A stretch of 63,671 nucleotides of DNA from Parcubacteria group bacterium (lineage in GTDB: Bacteria; Patescibacteriota; Minisyncoccia; Phycocordibacterales; WO2-35-19). Numbering within the stretch: position 1 is the stretch's first letter; each line of letters opens with the position of its first letter. The stretch is from positions 1-63,671 of the forward strand of contig JAAZAU010000011.1 in assembly GCA_012514175.1 (NCBI GenBank), read 5' to 3'. Made by a program: the position numbers and the translations under genes. Below the pieces are notes generated by a model that ran no database searches, was not told where the DNA came from, and worked only from the letters and a program-made list of their open reading frames with translations. Positions 55,215-63,671 of the stretch are shown here, in pieces.

Positions 55215-56900
55215 ATGGATATTTACGAAACATTAAAAAGTTGGATTAAAGAAACTTTAAAAATCAAAAATGATTTTGTTTTAGCGCACCCGAAAGATTT
55301 GAAAAACGGTGACTATTCTTTTTTTTGTGTTACAGAAAACCCAAAAGATCAGGTGGAAAAATTAGAAAAAAACAAAATAAAAGAGGTAGAAAGGATAGAA
55401 GCAGTTGGTAAGTTTATAAATTTTTATTTGTCAAAAGATTTTTTTTCTAGCGTTATTGGTGAGATAAATGAAAAAAAAGAAAAATGCGGTGAAAACAATT
55501 TACTTACTGGGGGTAAAATTTTGATTGAGCATACCCAGCCTAATCCTTTCAAAGAATTTCATATCGGACATCTAATGAATAATGCTATTGGTGAGTCGGT
55601 TTCTAGGATTTTGCAAGCTTGTGGTGCTGAAGTGATATCGGTTGGTTATCATGGCGACATCGGACTTCATGTCGCTAAAGCTGTTTGGGCTTTAAAATAT
55701 GATTCTAAAAATGAAAAAGACAAAAAGAGTGTCTTTAATTATGCCAAAGCTTACGCTCGGGGTGCTAAGGCTTACGAAGAGGATGAAAACGCTAAAAGAG
55801 AAATTATTGAAATAAACAAAAAAATTTATGATAAAAGTGACGTGTTAGTAAATGAGATATATGAAAGAGGTAGGAGAATTTCTTTTGAGTATTTTGATCA
55901 TCTTTATAAAGAACTAGGGAGTAAATTTGATCATCATTTTTATGAAAGTGAGACGGGGGAGATAGGTAAAAAAATTGTTTTGGAAAATATTCCTAAAATT
56001 TTTACGAAATCTGAAGGAGCAGTAATTTTTAAAGGTGAAGAATTTGAACCAAAAACTCATACTCGGGTTTTTATAAATTCGGATGGCATTCCGACTTATG
56101 AAGCTAAAGAAGTCGGTCTTACCCAACTCAAAAGAGAAAAATATGATTATCGGCAATCTATCACTGTGACAGCTAACGAACAAGACAGTTTTTTTGATGT
56201 GGTGGAAGTGGCTATTGGAGAAATTTTTCCTGAGCTTAAAGGTGGGTTGACTCATCTTTCACATGGGATGCTTAAATTGTCGGAAGGTAAAATGTCTTCT
56301 CGTACCGGCGATGTGATCACTGCCGAATCTTTGCTGGCACAAGTTAAAGAAAAAGTTTTAGAGAAAATAGAAGATAGGAAATTTTCGGAGGAACAAAAGA
56401 AAAAAATTTCCAAAATTGTGGCTCTAGGGGCGATAAAATATTCCATTCTTAAACAAGCGATTGGTGGTGATATAATTTTTGATTTTAATAAATCCATTTC
56501 GTTTGAGGGAGATTCTGGACCATACTTACAATATACTGCTGTGAGAGCTAACTCTGTGCTTGAAAAATCAAAACTTCAAGTTTCTAGATTCCAATCAGTT
56601 TTTAAATTTCTAAATCCAAAAATAAAAAGACCAGAAAACTTTGAAATTACCGAGTTAGAAAAATATTTATATCGTTTTCCTGAAATAGTAGAAAGAGCAG
56701 GGAAGGAATATGCTCCGCACTATATTGTGACTTATCTAACCGAGCTCGCTAGTGTTTTCAACGGTTTTTATGCACACGAGCAGATTATTGATTCAAAAAA
56801 TCCGGCTTCGCCTTATAAAATCGCGTTAACTACCGCCGTTTCTTATGTGCTTACTTCTGGCTTAAATCTTCTTGGTATTGAAGTGCCAGAAAGAATGTAG
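55215..56900 (+). CDS. argS: arginine--tRNA ligase
   Basis: PNPFKEFHIGHLMN (HIGH), MSSRTG (KMSKS-like) and a C-terminal DALR-type anticodon-binding domain ending ...ERM. Confidence 0.9.
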   Translation: MDIYETLKSWIKETLKIKNDFVLAHPKDLKNGDYSFFCVTENPKDQVEKLEKNKIKEVERIEAVGKFINFYLSKDFFSSVIGEINEKKEKCGENNLLTGGKILIEHTQPNPFKEFHIGHLMNNAIGESVSRILQACGAEVISVGYHGDIGLHVAKAVWALKYDSKNEKDKKSVFNYAKAYARGAKAYEEDENAKREIIEINKKIYDKSDVLVNEIYERGRRISFEYFDHLYKELGSKFDHHFYESETGEIGKKIVLENIPKIFTKSEGAVIFKGEEFEPKTHTRVFINSDGIPTYEAKEVGLTQLKREKYDYRQSITVTANEQDSFFDVVEVAIGEIFPELKGGLTHLSHGMLKLSEGKMSSRTGDVITAESLLAQVKEKVLEKIEDRKFSEEQKKKISKIVALGAIKYSILKQAIGGDIIFDFNKSISFEGDSGPYLQYTAVRANSVLEKSKLQVSRFQSVFKFLNPKIKRPENFEITELEKYLYRFPEIVERAGKEYAPHYIVTYLTELASVFNGFYAHEQIIDSKNPASPYKIALTTAVSYVLTSGLNLLGIEVPERM

Positions 56901-56970
56901 AGTTTGACAATAAATCCTTATTTGTTAATATATCAAGGTCCCGCTTAGCGGGTTTAATTTTAGTTAAAGT

Positions 56971-57312
56971 ATGTCCAGATCACTTAAAAAAGGTCCATAC
57001 GTTGACCCAAGAGTCCTTAAAAAGATAGAAGGTAAAAAACCACAGGATACTGGGGTTATTAAGACTTGGTCTAGAGCTTGTGTTATAGCGCCCGAAATGG
57101 TGGGTTTTATTTTTGGGGTACACAACGGTCGTGATCACATAGAAGTTTTGGTAAGTGAAGATATGGTAGGTCACAGACTTGGCGAATTTTCTCCTACTCG
57201 TAAATTCATAAAACACGGAGGTAAAATGCAGAAAGAACTTGAGGCCAAGAAAAAACAAGATGAACTCAATGCTGCCAGAGCCGCTAAAGCAGCTGCTGAT
57301 GCCAAGAAATAA
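56971..57312 (+). CDS. rpsS: 30S ribosomal protein S19 (C-terminal extension)
   Basis: [12 protein letters not shown] ... [10 protein letters not shown] ... [11 protein letters not shown]. Confidence 0.95.
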   Translation: MSRSLKKGPYVDPRVLKKIEGKKPQDTGVIKTWSRACVIAPEMVGFIFGVHNGRDHIEVLVSEDMVGHRLGEFSPTRKFIKHGGKMQKELEAKKKQDELNAARAAKAAADAKK

Positions 57313-57324
57313 AATTAAAATAGT

Positions 57325-57660
57325 ATGACAGAAGTAACAGCACAACTAAATAATTACAGACAATCACCTAGAAAAGTTAGAGTGGTGGCTGATGTGATGA
57401 GAGGTAAATCTGTTAAAGAAGCAAAAACCAAACTTACTTTTATAACCAAACGAGCCACTGGTCCTTTGCACAAACTTTTAGATTCGGCTATTGCTAATGC
57501 GAAAAATAAAGGTATGAGCGCAGATAATCTTTTTGTTAAGTCTATTACTGTAGATGGTGGTAGTATTTTATACAGACGCAGACCAGCTGCTCGCGGTAGT
57601 GCTCACCCAATTCGTAAAAGGACTTCTCATATTAAAATAATGCTTGTAGAAAAAAATTAA
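57325..57660 (+). CDS. rplV: 50S ribosomal protein L22
   Basis: RQSPRKVRVVADVMRGKSV.EA pattern. 111 aa. Confidence 0.94.
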   Translation: MTEVTAQLNNYRQSPRKVRVVADVMRGKSVKEAKTKLTFITKRATGPLHKLLDSAIANAKNKGMSADNLFVKSITVDGGSILYRRRPAARGSAHPIRKRTSHIKIMLVEKN

Positions 57661-57664
57661 TTTT

Positions 57665-58339
57665 ATGACTCACACAGTACACCCATATGCACATAGATTA
57701 GGAATTATTCGTGACTGGAAATCACGCTGGTTTAGCGTAAAAGCTAAATACAAAGAAAATCTCCAAGGTGATGTTTTGATATATGAATATTTAAGAAAGA
57801 GACTCAAGGGTTGTTTTGTGAGTTCTATTGAAATAGAAAGAAGTGTAAAGATTTTTAGAATTATTATTGAAACTTCCAGACCAGGATTTATTATTGGGCG
57901 TAATGGTGAAGGGATGACTAAACTTCGTGATGACATTATGAAGTTTGTAAGAAGACGCAAATTAAATCTCAACGAGGAGCTCAAGATAGATATCAAAGAG
58001 GTTAAATCTCCTGAAGCAAGTGCTATGATTGTGGCTCAAATGGTTGCTGAAAGTCTTGAAAAAAGAATGCCTTTCAGAAGAGTGATGAAGACTATGGTTG
58101 AAAAAGCTTATGCTAATCGTGATGTTAAAGGGGTCAAGATCACCCTTTCTGGTATTTTGGGTGGTTCCAATATGGCTAGAGTTGAGTCTAAAAAAGTTGG
58201 TCGTATACCTTTGCAAACCTTGCGTGCCGATATTGATTATGCTTTTTATGAGGCAAAGTTGCCATTAGGTAAAATTGGTATTAAGGTTTGGATATACAAA
58301 GGTGATATTTTCAGTAAAGACAAAAATGTAAAAGTTTAA
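57665..58339 (+). CDS. rpsC: 30S ribosomal protein S3
   Basis: HPYAHRLGIIRDWKSRWF, KH domain, GRIPLQTLRADIDY. Confidence 0.95.
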   Translation: MTHTVHPYAHRLGIIRDWKSRWFSVKAKYKENLQGDVLIYEYLRKRLKGCFVSSIEIERSVKIFRIIIETSRPGFIIGRNGEGMTKLRDDIMKFVRRRKLNLNEELKIDIKEVKSPEASAMIVAQMVAESLEKRMPFRRVMKTMVEKAYANRDVKGVKITLSGILGGSNMARVESKKVGRIPLQTLRADIDYAFYEAKLPLGKIGIKVWIYKGDIFSKDKNVKV

Positions 58340-58349
58340 ATTTAAAATT

Positions 58350-58769
58350 ATGTTATTCCCAAAGAAAGTTAAATACAGAAAGTGGCAGACTATGCGCAAG
58401 AACCCGAAAAAAGTAGGTCCGGCTACTCGTGGAATAAAAGTATCTTTCGGTTCACATGGTCTTAAAGCTATGACTCCGGGTAGAATTACTTCTAATCAAA
58501 TAGAAGCAGCCAGAAAAGCCATCACCAGAAGTCTCGGCAAGACCGGTAGAGTCTGGATCCGCATTTTTCCTGATATGCCCTTCACTAGCAAGCCAGCAGA
58601 AGTAAAAATGGGTAAAGGCAAAGGTGACCTTGAAGGTTACTGCGCCAGAGTTTTTGCGGGGCAAGTGATGTTTGAGGTTGATGGTGCTTCAGCAGCAGTG
58701 GCCACTGAATCATTGCGCAAAGGTGGCACCAAAATGCCAGTTAAAACCAAAATTGTGTCCAGGGAATAA
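58350..58769 (+). CDS. rplP: 50S ribosomal protein L16
   Basis: [11 protein letters not shown] ... [16 protein letters not shown] ... KMGKGKG. Confidence 0.96.
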   Translation: MLFPKKVKYRKWQTMRKNPKKVGPATRGIKVSFGSHGLKAMTPGRITSNQIEAARKAITRSLGKTGRVWIRIFPDMPFTSKPAEVKMGKGKGDLEGYCARVFAGQVMFEVDGASAAVATESLRKGGTKMPVKTKIVSRE

Positions 58770-58804
58770 TACAATGTAAATAACGAATAAATGCAAATAT
58801 AAAA

Positions 58805-58993
58805 ATGGCAAAAGAACTAGCAAAAAAGAATACTGATTTAATAAAAGAGCTTGGCGAGAAAAGTTTGGCTCTTAGAAACTTGAGATTTGGTATTACTGGC
58901 AGTAAAACTAAAAATGTTAAAGAGCAAAAAATGATCAAAAAAGATATTGCTAGAATAAAAACAGCCTTAAATGATTTAAACAACACAAAATAG
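58805..58993 (+). CDS. rpmC: 50S ribosomal protein L29
   Basis: 62 aa, helical, in the canonical slot between L16 and S17. Confidence 0.88.
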   Translation: MAKELAKKNTDLIKELGEKSLALRNLRFGITGSKTKNVKEQKMIKKDIARIKTALNDLNNTK

Positions 58994-59011
58994 AAAATTA
59001 TAGATTCCAAA

Positions 59012-59284
59012 ATGAAAAAAACTGAAACAAAAAAGAATATCGCAGAAAAAAATTCAAAACCGAAGATTTTGAGTGGAGTAGTTATTTCCGACAAGATGAA
59101 AGATACTTGTGTGGTTTCAGTTGATAGATTTGTTAAACACAAGAAGTATAAGAAATATTACAGAATTAGTAAAAAATACAAAGCTCACGATGTTGGTAAT
59201 ACTAAAAAAGTGGGGGACAGAGTCTCAATAATGGAAAGTCGGCCAATATCAAAAGATAAGCATTTTGTAGTGGTCGCTAGTTAA
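59012..59284 (+). CDS. rpsQ: 30S ribosomal protein S17
   Basis: [28 protein letters not shown] ... [11 protein letters not shown]. Confidence 0.93.
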   Translation: MKKTETKKNIAEKNSKPKILSGVVISDKMKDTCVVSVDRFVKHKKYKKYYRISKKYKAHDVGNTKKVGDRVSIMESRPISKDKHFVVVAS

Positions 59285-59307
59285 GAAAGATATTTAAAGA
59301 AATTAAC

Positions 59308-59685
59308 ATGATACAACCAAGATCAATCGTAAAAGTAGCTGATAACTCAGGCGCCAAAATAGGGCGAGTTTTTAAGGTGCTTGGCGGTTCCAAAAAAAGA
59401 TATGCTAAAGTTGGTGAACTTGTTAAATTTTCCGTCCAAAAAGCTGAGCCTCGTAAAGAAATCAAAAAGAAAGCAGTGCTTTTGGGTTTAGTTGTTAGAC
59501 AAAAAGCTCCTCTTAGAAGAAAAGATGGTTCTTACATTCGTTTTGATGAAAATGCGGTCATTGTCGTGGACCAAAAGAAAGGCGAGATAGTTCCTAGAGC
59601 AGGAAGGATTTTCGGCCCTATTCCAAGAGAGATTGCTGAATTGGGTTACCAAGCTATAGTTTCTTTAGCTCCAGAAGTTATTTAA
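59308..59685 (+). CDS. rplN: 50S ribosomal protein L14
   Basis: [17 protein letters not shown] ... [10 protein letters not shown]. Confidence 0.96.
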   Translation: MIQPRSIVKVADNSGAKIGRVFKVLGGSKKRYAKVGELVKFSVQKAEPRKEIKKKAVLLGLVVRQKAPLRRKDGSYIRFDENAVIVVDQKKGEIVPRAGRIFGPIPREIAELGYQAIVSLAPEVI

Positions 59686-59716
59686 TACAATTACAGACAC
59701 AAATAAAAAACAAAAA

Positions 59717-59941
59717 ATGAAAATAAAAAAAGGAGACAAAGTGATAGTGATAACTGGCAAAGACAAGGGCAAGTCTGGGATGGTTGTTCGTGCTTTTCCG
59801 AAACTTTCCAAAGTTTTAGTTGAAGGAATGAATAAGAAAAAGTTGCATAAAAAACCAAGAAAGCAAGGTGAAAAGGGTAAGATTATAGAACAAGCTGCTC
59901 CGATTCATGTTTCAAATGTAAAGAAAGTAAAAGATAAATAA
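59717..59941 (+). CDS. rplX: 50S ribosomal protein L24 (short)
   Basis: [24 protein letters not shown] motif. Confidence 0.93.
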   Translation: MKIKKGDKVIVITGKDKGKSGMVVRAFPKLSKVLVEGMNKKKLHKKPRKQGEKGKIIEQAAPIHVSNVKKVKDK

Positions 59942-59946
59942 AAAAT

Positions 59947-60498
59947 ATGAAATTAATGAAAGAAAAAACTAAAGACGCATTTCAAGCACTCAAAGAAAAA
60001 TTGGGTCTTAAAAACGTAATGCAAGCTCCAAAAATAATGAAAGTTGTTGTGAGTTCGGGTGTGGGTTCGTTTTCAGATAAGAAAAAAACTGATGTTGTTA
60101 TAGATAGATTGGCTAAAATTACTGGACAAAGACCAATAAAAAGAGGTGCCAAAAAATCTATTGCTTCTTTTAAATCCAGAGAAGGTGATATTGTTGGTGT
60201 TCAGGTTACACTTAGAGGTGAAAAAATGTGGAGTTTCCTAGACAGGCTTTTTAGTGTTGCTCTTCCAAGAACTAAAGATTTTAGAGGTATTTCTCTTTCT
60301 GCGGTTGATGAAATGGGCAACTATACTCTTGCTGTTAAAGAGCACACCGTTTTTCCAGAAACTTCAGATGAAGATCTAAAAGATGTTTTTGGTTTTTCTG
60401 TCTCTATTGTTACCAATCTTACAAATAAAGCTGATGCCCTAGCTTTCTTTAAAGCGCTTGATTTTCCATTCAAAAAAACTGCTGAAAAGAAAAAATAA
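59947..60498 (+). CDS. rplE: 50S ribosomal protein L5
   Basis: ...NVMQAPKIMKVVVSSGVG ... ITGQRP ... SIASFKSREG ... pattern. Confidence 0.95.
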   Translation: MKLMKEKTKDAFQALKEKLGLKNVMQAPKIMKVVVSSGVGSFSDKKKTDVVIDRLAKITGQRPIKRGAKKSIASFKSREGDIVGVQVTLRGEKMWSFLDRLFSVALPRTKDFRGISLSAVDEMGNYTLAVKEHTVFPETSDEDLKDVFGFSVSIVTNLTNKADALAFFKALDFPFKKTAEKKK

Positions 60499-60522
60499 AA
60501 TACCACACTCTATCATTAAAAA

Positions 60523-60553
60523 GCAGGCAGACCTGAATTTCGGGTCTGCCTGT
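60523..60553. terminator. hairpin between rplE (+) and convergent small ORF (-)
   Basis: GCAGGCAGACC-tgaatttcg-GGTCTGCCTGT. The T-run is only on the minus-strand side. Confidence 0.5.
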
Positions 60554-60573
60554 GCTTATATGGACGGAAAAAG

Positions 60574-60789
60574 CTAAAGGAGCTCACCTTTCTTGAGAAG
60601 GCGATTATACTCTATCAAGATGAGCAACCGATATTTTTCGGCTGAGGTTTTGAATTGTCCGTTTTCCGGCTTGAGCGGGTCGCTTAAGATCACCGTGTGG
60701 TTTTTTTCATCAAAGTCAACCACCGGACAACAACAGTCACCACTGCAGAACTTGCTTCCGTCGTAAACTCTTTTGACATTTTTTACCAT
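60574..60789 (-). CDS. small Cys-rich hypothetical protein
   Basis: 71 aa with a FCSGDCCCPVVDF cluster. Confidence 0.4.
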   Translation of the reverse strand: MVKNVKRVYDGSKFCSGDCCCPVVDFDEKNHTVILSDPLKPENGQFKTSAEKYRLLILIEYNRLLKKGELL

Positions 60790-60937
60790 AACTTTCCTTT
60801 CCTTTTAGAGTTTATACAATTTTTCCGAGTAAAAGTTTATCACAAATGTTTTCACTGTAAAGTTTTTCTGTTGATTTTTAAAAAATGTATAGAAAAACAA
60901 AAAGCCCGAGTGTAAAAATCACTCGGACTTAAAAAAG

Positions 60938-61165
60938 TTATCGCGGAATAAGATTGTTGATATCAAGTTGGGTAGTGGTGGTGCCCAGTTTTGATATCAA
61001 GATATTGGCTACGTTGAGCACACTTACAGCAGTGTTCTCAAACGCCGCGAAAACTTCTTTCATAAGGAACCTGAGGATAAGAATCATTAACCCCAGTCCC
61101 AACGCTCTTCTAATCATAATATTAAAATTGCGGGGGCTAAATGCAAAGCTGACGAAGCTTAGCAC
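60938..61165 (-). CDS. small hypothetical (membrane?) protein
   Basis: 75-aa ORF with one hydrophobic stretch. Competes with an overlapping plus-strand ORF. Confidence 0.3.
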   Translation of the reverse strand: MLSFVSFAFSPRNFNIMIRRALGLGLMILILRFLMKEVFAAFENTAVSVLNVANILISKLGTTTTQLDINNLIPR

Positions 61166-61389
61166 GAGAGTTAATGACTCTCCTCCCTCCGGACAATAAC
61201 TCCGATTTTCGGGGGTATTGTCCGGAGGCTTTCCTTATGAAGGATCTTAAAGAACTATATTAATAGTATAGCATATTTGAGCTTTAATGTAAAGCTGTTT
61301 TAAAGCAGATTGAACGTTGATTTAACATTGTTATTGGTATGTGATATCCTCTGAATAGATGTCCAAAAAACAAAGAAAGGAAAGGGTTT

Positions 61390-61620
61390 ATGAAATGCAC
61401 TATGTTTGGTTGTGGTGGTCAAGTGCCACGCAACCCAAAGACTTATTTGAAAGTGGGGTATTGTAATGTCGCGCTAGCATCCCGTTGTGACAAATGCGGT
61501 CGGTTGTATTGGTTGATAAATGGAAAACCTGTTTTTGATCTGCAAGGTCACGCAGCTTTCTTGCGAGACGGGATTATTATAAACCGAGATAAAGATGGGA
61601 GGGAAGTGAGTAGGACTTAA
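61390..61620 (+). CDS. small zinc-ribbon-like hypothetical protein
   Basis: 76 aa with Cys pairs (C.MFGC ... CDKCG). GGAAAGG RBS-like sequence upstream. Confidence 0.45.
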   Translation: MKCTMFGCGGQVPRNPKTYLKVGYCNVALASRCDKCGRLYWLINGKPVFDLQGHAAFLRDGIIINRDKDGREVSRT

Positions 61621-61748
61621 TTCATTTTCCTGTTTCCAAAACAAGAGTCGTTCTAAATAGAGCGACTCTTTTTATGGGAGAGTAAAGTTGATTTTTGTGT
61701 ATATAAGTGTTATTATAAGGAAAGAATAAATAAAGAAAAGAGGAAAAT

Positions 61749-62396
61749 ATGGAGGAGGATTTTACAGTGGAAGGGTTTAATTCCATATCAGAAGACCTCA
61801 AGATTGTCTTGAGTTTTCTGGTAGATGATGTGCCGGAAAAATGGCTTGCGCCTAAAAATACAATTTTTGTCTTTGGGCACACCGACAAGCGGGTCGCCGA
61901 ACATGGCGCCAAGCTTTTTCTGGCTGGCAAAAGTTCGTCTGTCATTGTTTCTGGTGGCGGGCGATCAACCAACACGGTGCCGGAAGGGTTTTCGTCAGAA
62001 GCAGAATTTTATGCTTCTGTGATGGAAAAGCTTGGGGTGCCAAAGGAAGCCATTTTTCTTGAAACTCAGGCTTCCAACAGCCTTGAGAATGTTTTATTTG
62101 GGATGAAGGTTCTGCACGAAAAAAACTTTCATCCGAAGTCTGTAATTGTGGTGTCATTACCGCCACAATTACGTCGCCTGCGGGCGACTTTCGCCAAGCA
62201 TTTTCCGTCCATCTCTACTTTCGGCAGTTCTTTCACTACTGAATTGTCAAGGAAAGAGTGGAATCGGAAACGCATTCGTTGGGTATTAGCTGAGATAGAT
62301 CGTCTCAAGGTCTATGCTCAGAAGGGTGACATTGTGCCCGTATCTATACCCCGACAGGTGGAAGAGTCCTGTCGGGCTATCTCTTACCGTATTTGA
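61749..62396 (+). CDS. DUF218 / YdcF-like family protein
   Basis: IFVFGHTD...VSGGG...SEAEFYASVMEKLGVP...IFLETQASNSLENV matches the DUF218 layout. Confidence 0.65.
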   Translation: MEEDFTVEGFNSISEDLKIVLSFLVDDVPEKWLAPKNTIFVFGHTDKRVAEHGAKLFLAGKSSSVIVSGGGRSTNTVPEGFSSEAEFYASVMEKLGVPKEAIFLETQASNSLENVLFGMKVLHEKNFHPKSVIVVSLPPQLRRLRATFAKHFPSISTFGSSFTTELSRKEWNRKRIRWVLAEIDRLKVYAQKGDIVPVSIPRQVEESCRAISYRI

Positions 62397-62400
62397 TGAT

Positions 62401-62438
62401 CTCCGCGGTTTCGTGTTTTGAAACCGCGGATATTTTTT
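62401..62438 (+). terminator. intrinsic terminator
   Basis: TCCGCGGTTTC-gtgtttt-GAAACCGCGGA followed by TATTTTTTG. Confidence 0.8.
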
Positions 62439-62494
62439 GTTTGAAAAAAGCAAAACAAAATGTTATCTTCTGATAAGAAGAAAGGAGGAGGGAG

Positions 62495-62731
62495 ATGTCC
62501 AAAGTTATTGATTTTCCATTTAAAAAAACAACTTCACTAACTGAAGACGTAACACATTTTTGTGAAGTTGTGGAAGTGTGTCTTAAAATAAAACAGGAGT
62601 TTTCTCTCCTTAAAAAAAAGGTTTTGGTGGAGGGGATTGAAGCTGTCACAGATCAAGATGTTGTGAGGTTAAAGAAATTGAACCTTCAACTCAATTTACT
62701 CTGTGACATTTACGGCTTCAAAATAGAGTAA
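62495..62731 (+). CDS. hypothetical small protein
   Basis: 78 aa ORF with GGAGGAGGGAG RBS-like sequence upstream and a terminator downstream. Confidence 0.45.
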   Translation: MSKVIDFPFKKTTSLTEDVTHFCEVVEVCLKIKQEFSLLKKKVLVEGIEAVTDQDVVRLKKLNLQLNLLCDIYGFKIE

Positions 62732-62747
62732 AAATCCAAAAAACCTC

Positions 62748-62775
62748 AAAGGTGGCTTTGGCCACCTTTTTTAAT
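62748..62775 (+). terminator. intrinsic terminator
   Basis: AAAGGTGGC-tttg-GCCACCTTT followed by TTTAATT. Confidence 0.75.
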
Positions 62776-62829
62776 TCACTTTTAAATAAACTAATTTGAA
62801 GTTAATAAGATTTAAAGTAAAATAAAATA

Positions 62830-63671
62830 ATGAATTCTTACCATATTTTTTTCATATTAGGTATTGTGGCTCAGTCTTTTATTCTGTTATTTCCAAAATG
62901 GAAGAAAACGGATTTTATTAAATTATTTTTTATGTTTATTGCTGGTTCTTTTGGAATGTTACCTTTTAAACATGAAATTAGTTATGATTTTGATCTCCAT
63001 TTAGTTTTTTCAAGTATTATTGCTGCTTTTTTTCTTACAGCAACCTGCGCTTCTCGTTTTATAACACATATTGGCGCGCGCACATTGATAGTGCTTAACG
63101 CTCTTGTTTTGTTTATTGTGTGTGAGCAATTTGGTTGTTCTCATTTATTTTTTATTTTGTTACTTATTCCCACATTTGCAACCATTATCAATAGTTTTAC
63201 TAATCTTGATAAACATTTTGGGTGGCAGGTATTTTTTTATTTATGGTTCTGTGCGATGTCGGTAATTATTGGTGTTTTGCATTTTCTAAAAGGAGAAATT
63301 TTAAATATTTCTGTATCTGATTTTGGTATGTTACAAATTCCTCCCGTAAGTGCTTTTTTTGTTGGAGCGTCGTTTTTGTATATACTTTCCAATATTTGGT
63401 ATATCTTTTATATGATACCTGTACCAACAAGTAAACGCGAAAGTTTTTCTGTTAGGATTATGAAAATTAAGAGACATATGCAACTTTTGGCGCATGGTTA
63501 TGTGAGACAAAAAAATGACACGCTAGGAAATATAATTATATTGATAATATTACCCGTTATTTTGTTCGTAAATTATCAATATGCTTTTATAAGTTCAGAT
63601 ATGGTTATATTTTTTATATTAACTCTGATTCCTCTTGTGTCACGTTTTGGTTTAAACTCTGAAGAATCCGA
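62830..63671 (+). CDS. polytopic membrane protein, 3'-truncated by window end
   Basis: ATG at 62830. I read the frame through to 63671 without a stop (not in the ORF track because it is open-ended). Very hydrophobic (MNSYHIFFILGIVAQSFILLF...). Confidence 0.6.
   Translation, partial: MNSYHIFFILGIVAQSFILLFPKWKKTDFIKLFFMFIAGSFGMLPFKHEISYDFDLHLVFSSIIAAFFLTATCASRFITHIGARTLIVLNALVLFIVCEQFGCSHLFFILLLIPTFATIINSFTNLDKHFGWQVFFYLWFCAMSVIIGVLHFLKGEILNISVSDFGMLQIPPVSAFFVGASFLYILSNIWYIFYMIPVPTSKRESFSVRIMKIKRHMQLLAHGYVRQKNDTLGNIIILIILPVILFVNYQYAFISSDMVIFFILTLIPLVSRFGLNSEES

Noticed and set aside
1-63671. The window is a circular replicon, which would place L5 near S14 across the ends
   Set aside because: The ends show no overlap or repeat. 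The right end cuts an ORF in mid-gene, and the content is chromosomal housekeeping.

Overview
The window is AT-rich and densely coding. Its core is housekeeping genes typical of a reduced-genome bacterium. I infer Candidate Phyla Radiation / Patescibacteria, because no L30 gene lies between S5 and L15, no L1 gene follows L11, and many proteins carry terminal extensions. The ribosomal-protein supercluster is present but split into three same-strand blocks in a permuted order: S14-S8-L6-L18-S5-L15-SecY-Adk-Map at 1.3-6.7 kb, EF-Tu-S10-L3-L4-L23-L2(+L19) at 18.4-23.3 kb, and S19-L22-S3-L16-L29-S17-L14-L24-L5 at 57.0-60.5 kb. Other core genes are rny, clpP, tig, nusA, a two-component system, secE-nusG-rplK, a thyA/folA/dut/deaminase nucleotide cluster, and argS. 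Between about 25.9 and 45.0 kb lies a compositionally mosaic, visibly more GC-rich integrated island. It abuts tRNA-His(GUG), and its large serine recombinase gene overlaps the tRNA 3' end. The island carries a replication-like module, an R-M-M restriction-modification system, HigB with a HigA-ImmA fusion, and a HEPN-like protein with a 4-TM partner. It also has a 630-bp repeat-dense non-coding region. Its most interesting part is a high-GC cassette bracketed by roughly 37-nt direct repeats. The cassette holds a translationally coupled operon (aldo/keto reductase, radical SAM, AlaRS catalytic-domain paralog, unknown protein) and a second, divergently transcribed, frameshifted AlaRS-like gene. 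I know of no described system with that gene set. All calls rest on reading the translations and sequence by eye. Coordinates of features I located by hand (tRNAs, hairpins, repeats, trimmed starts) may be off by a few nt.
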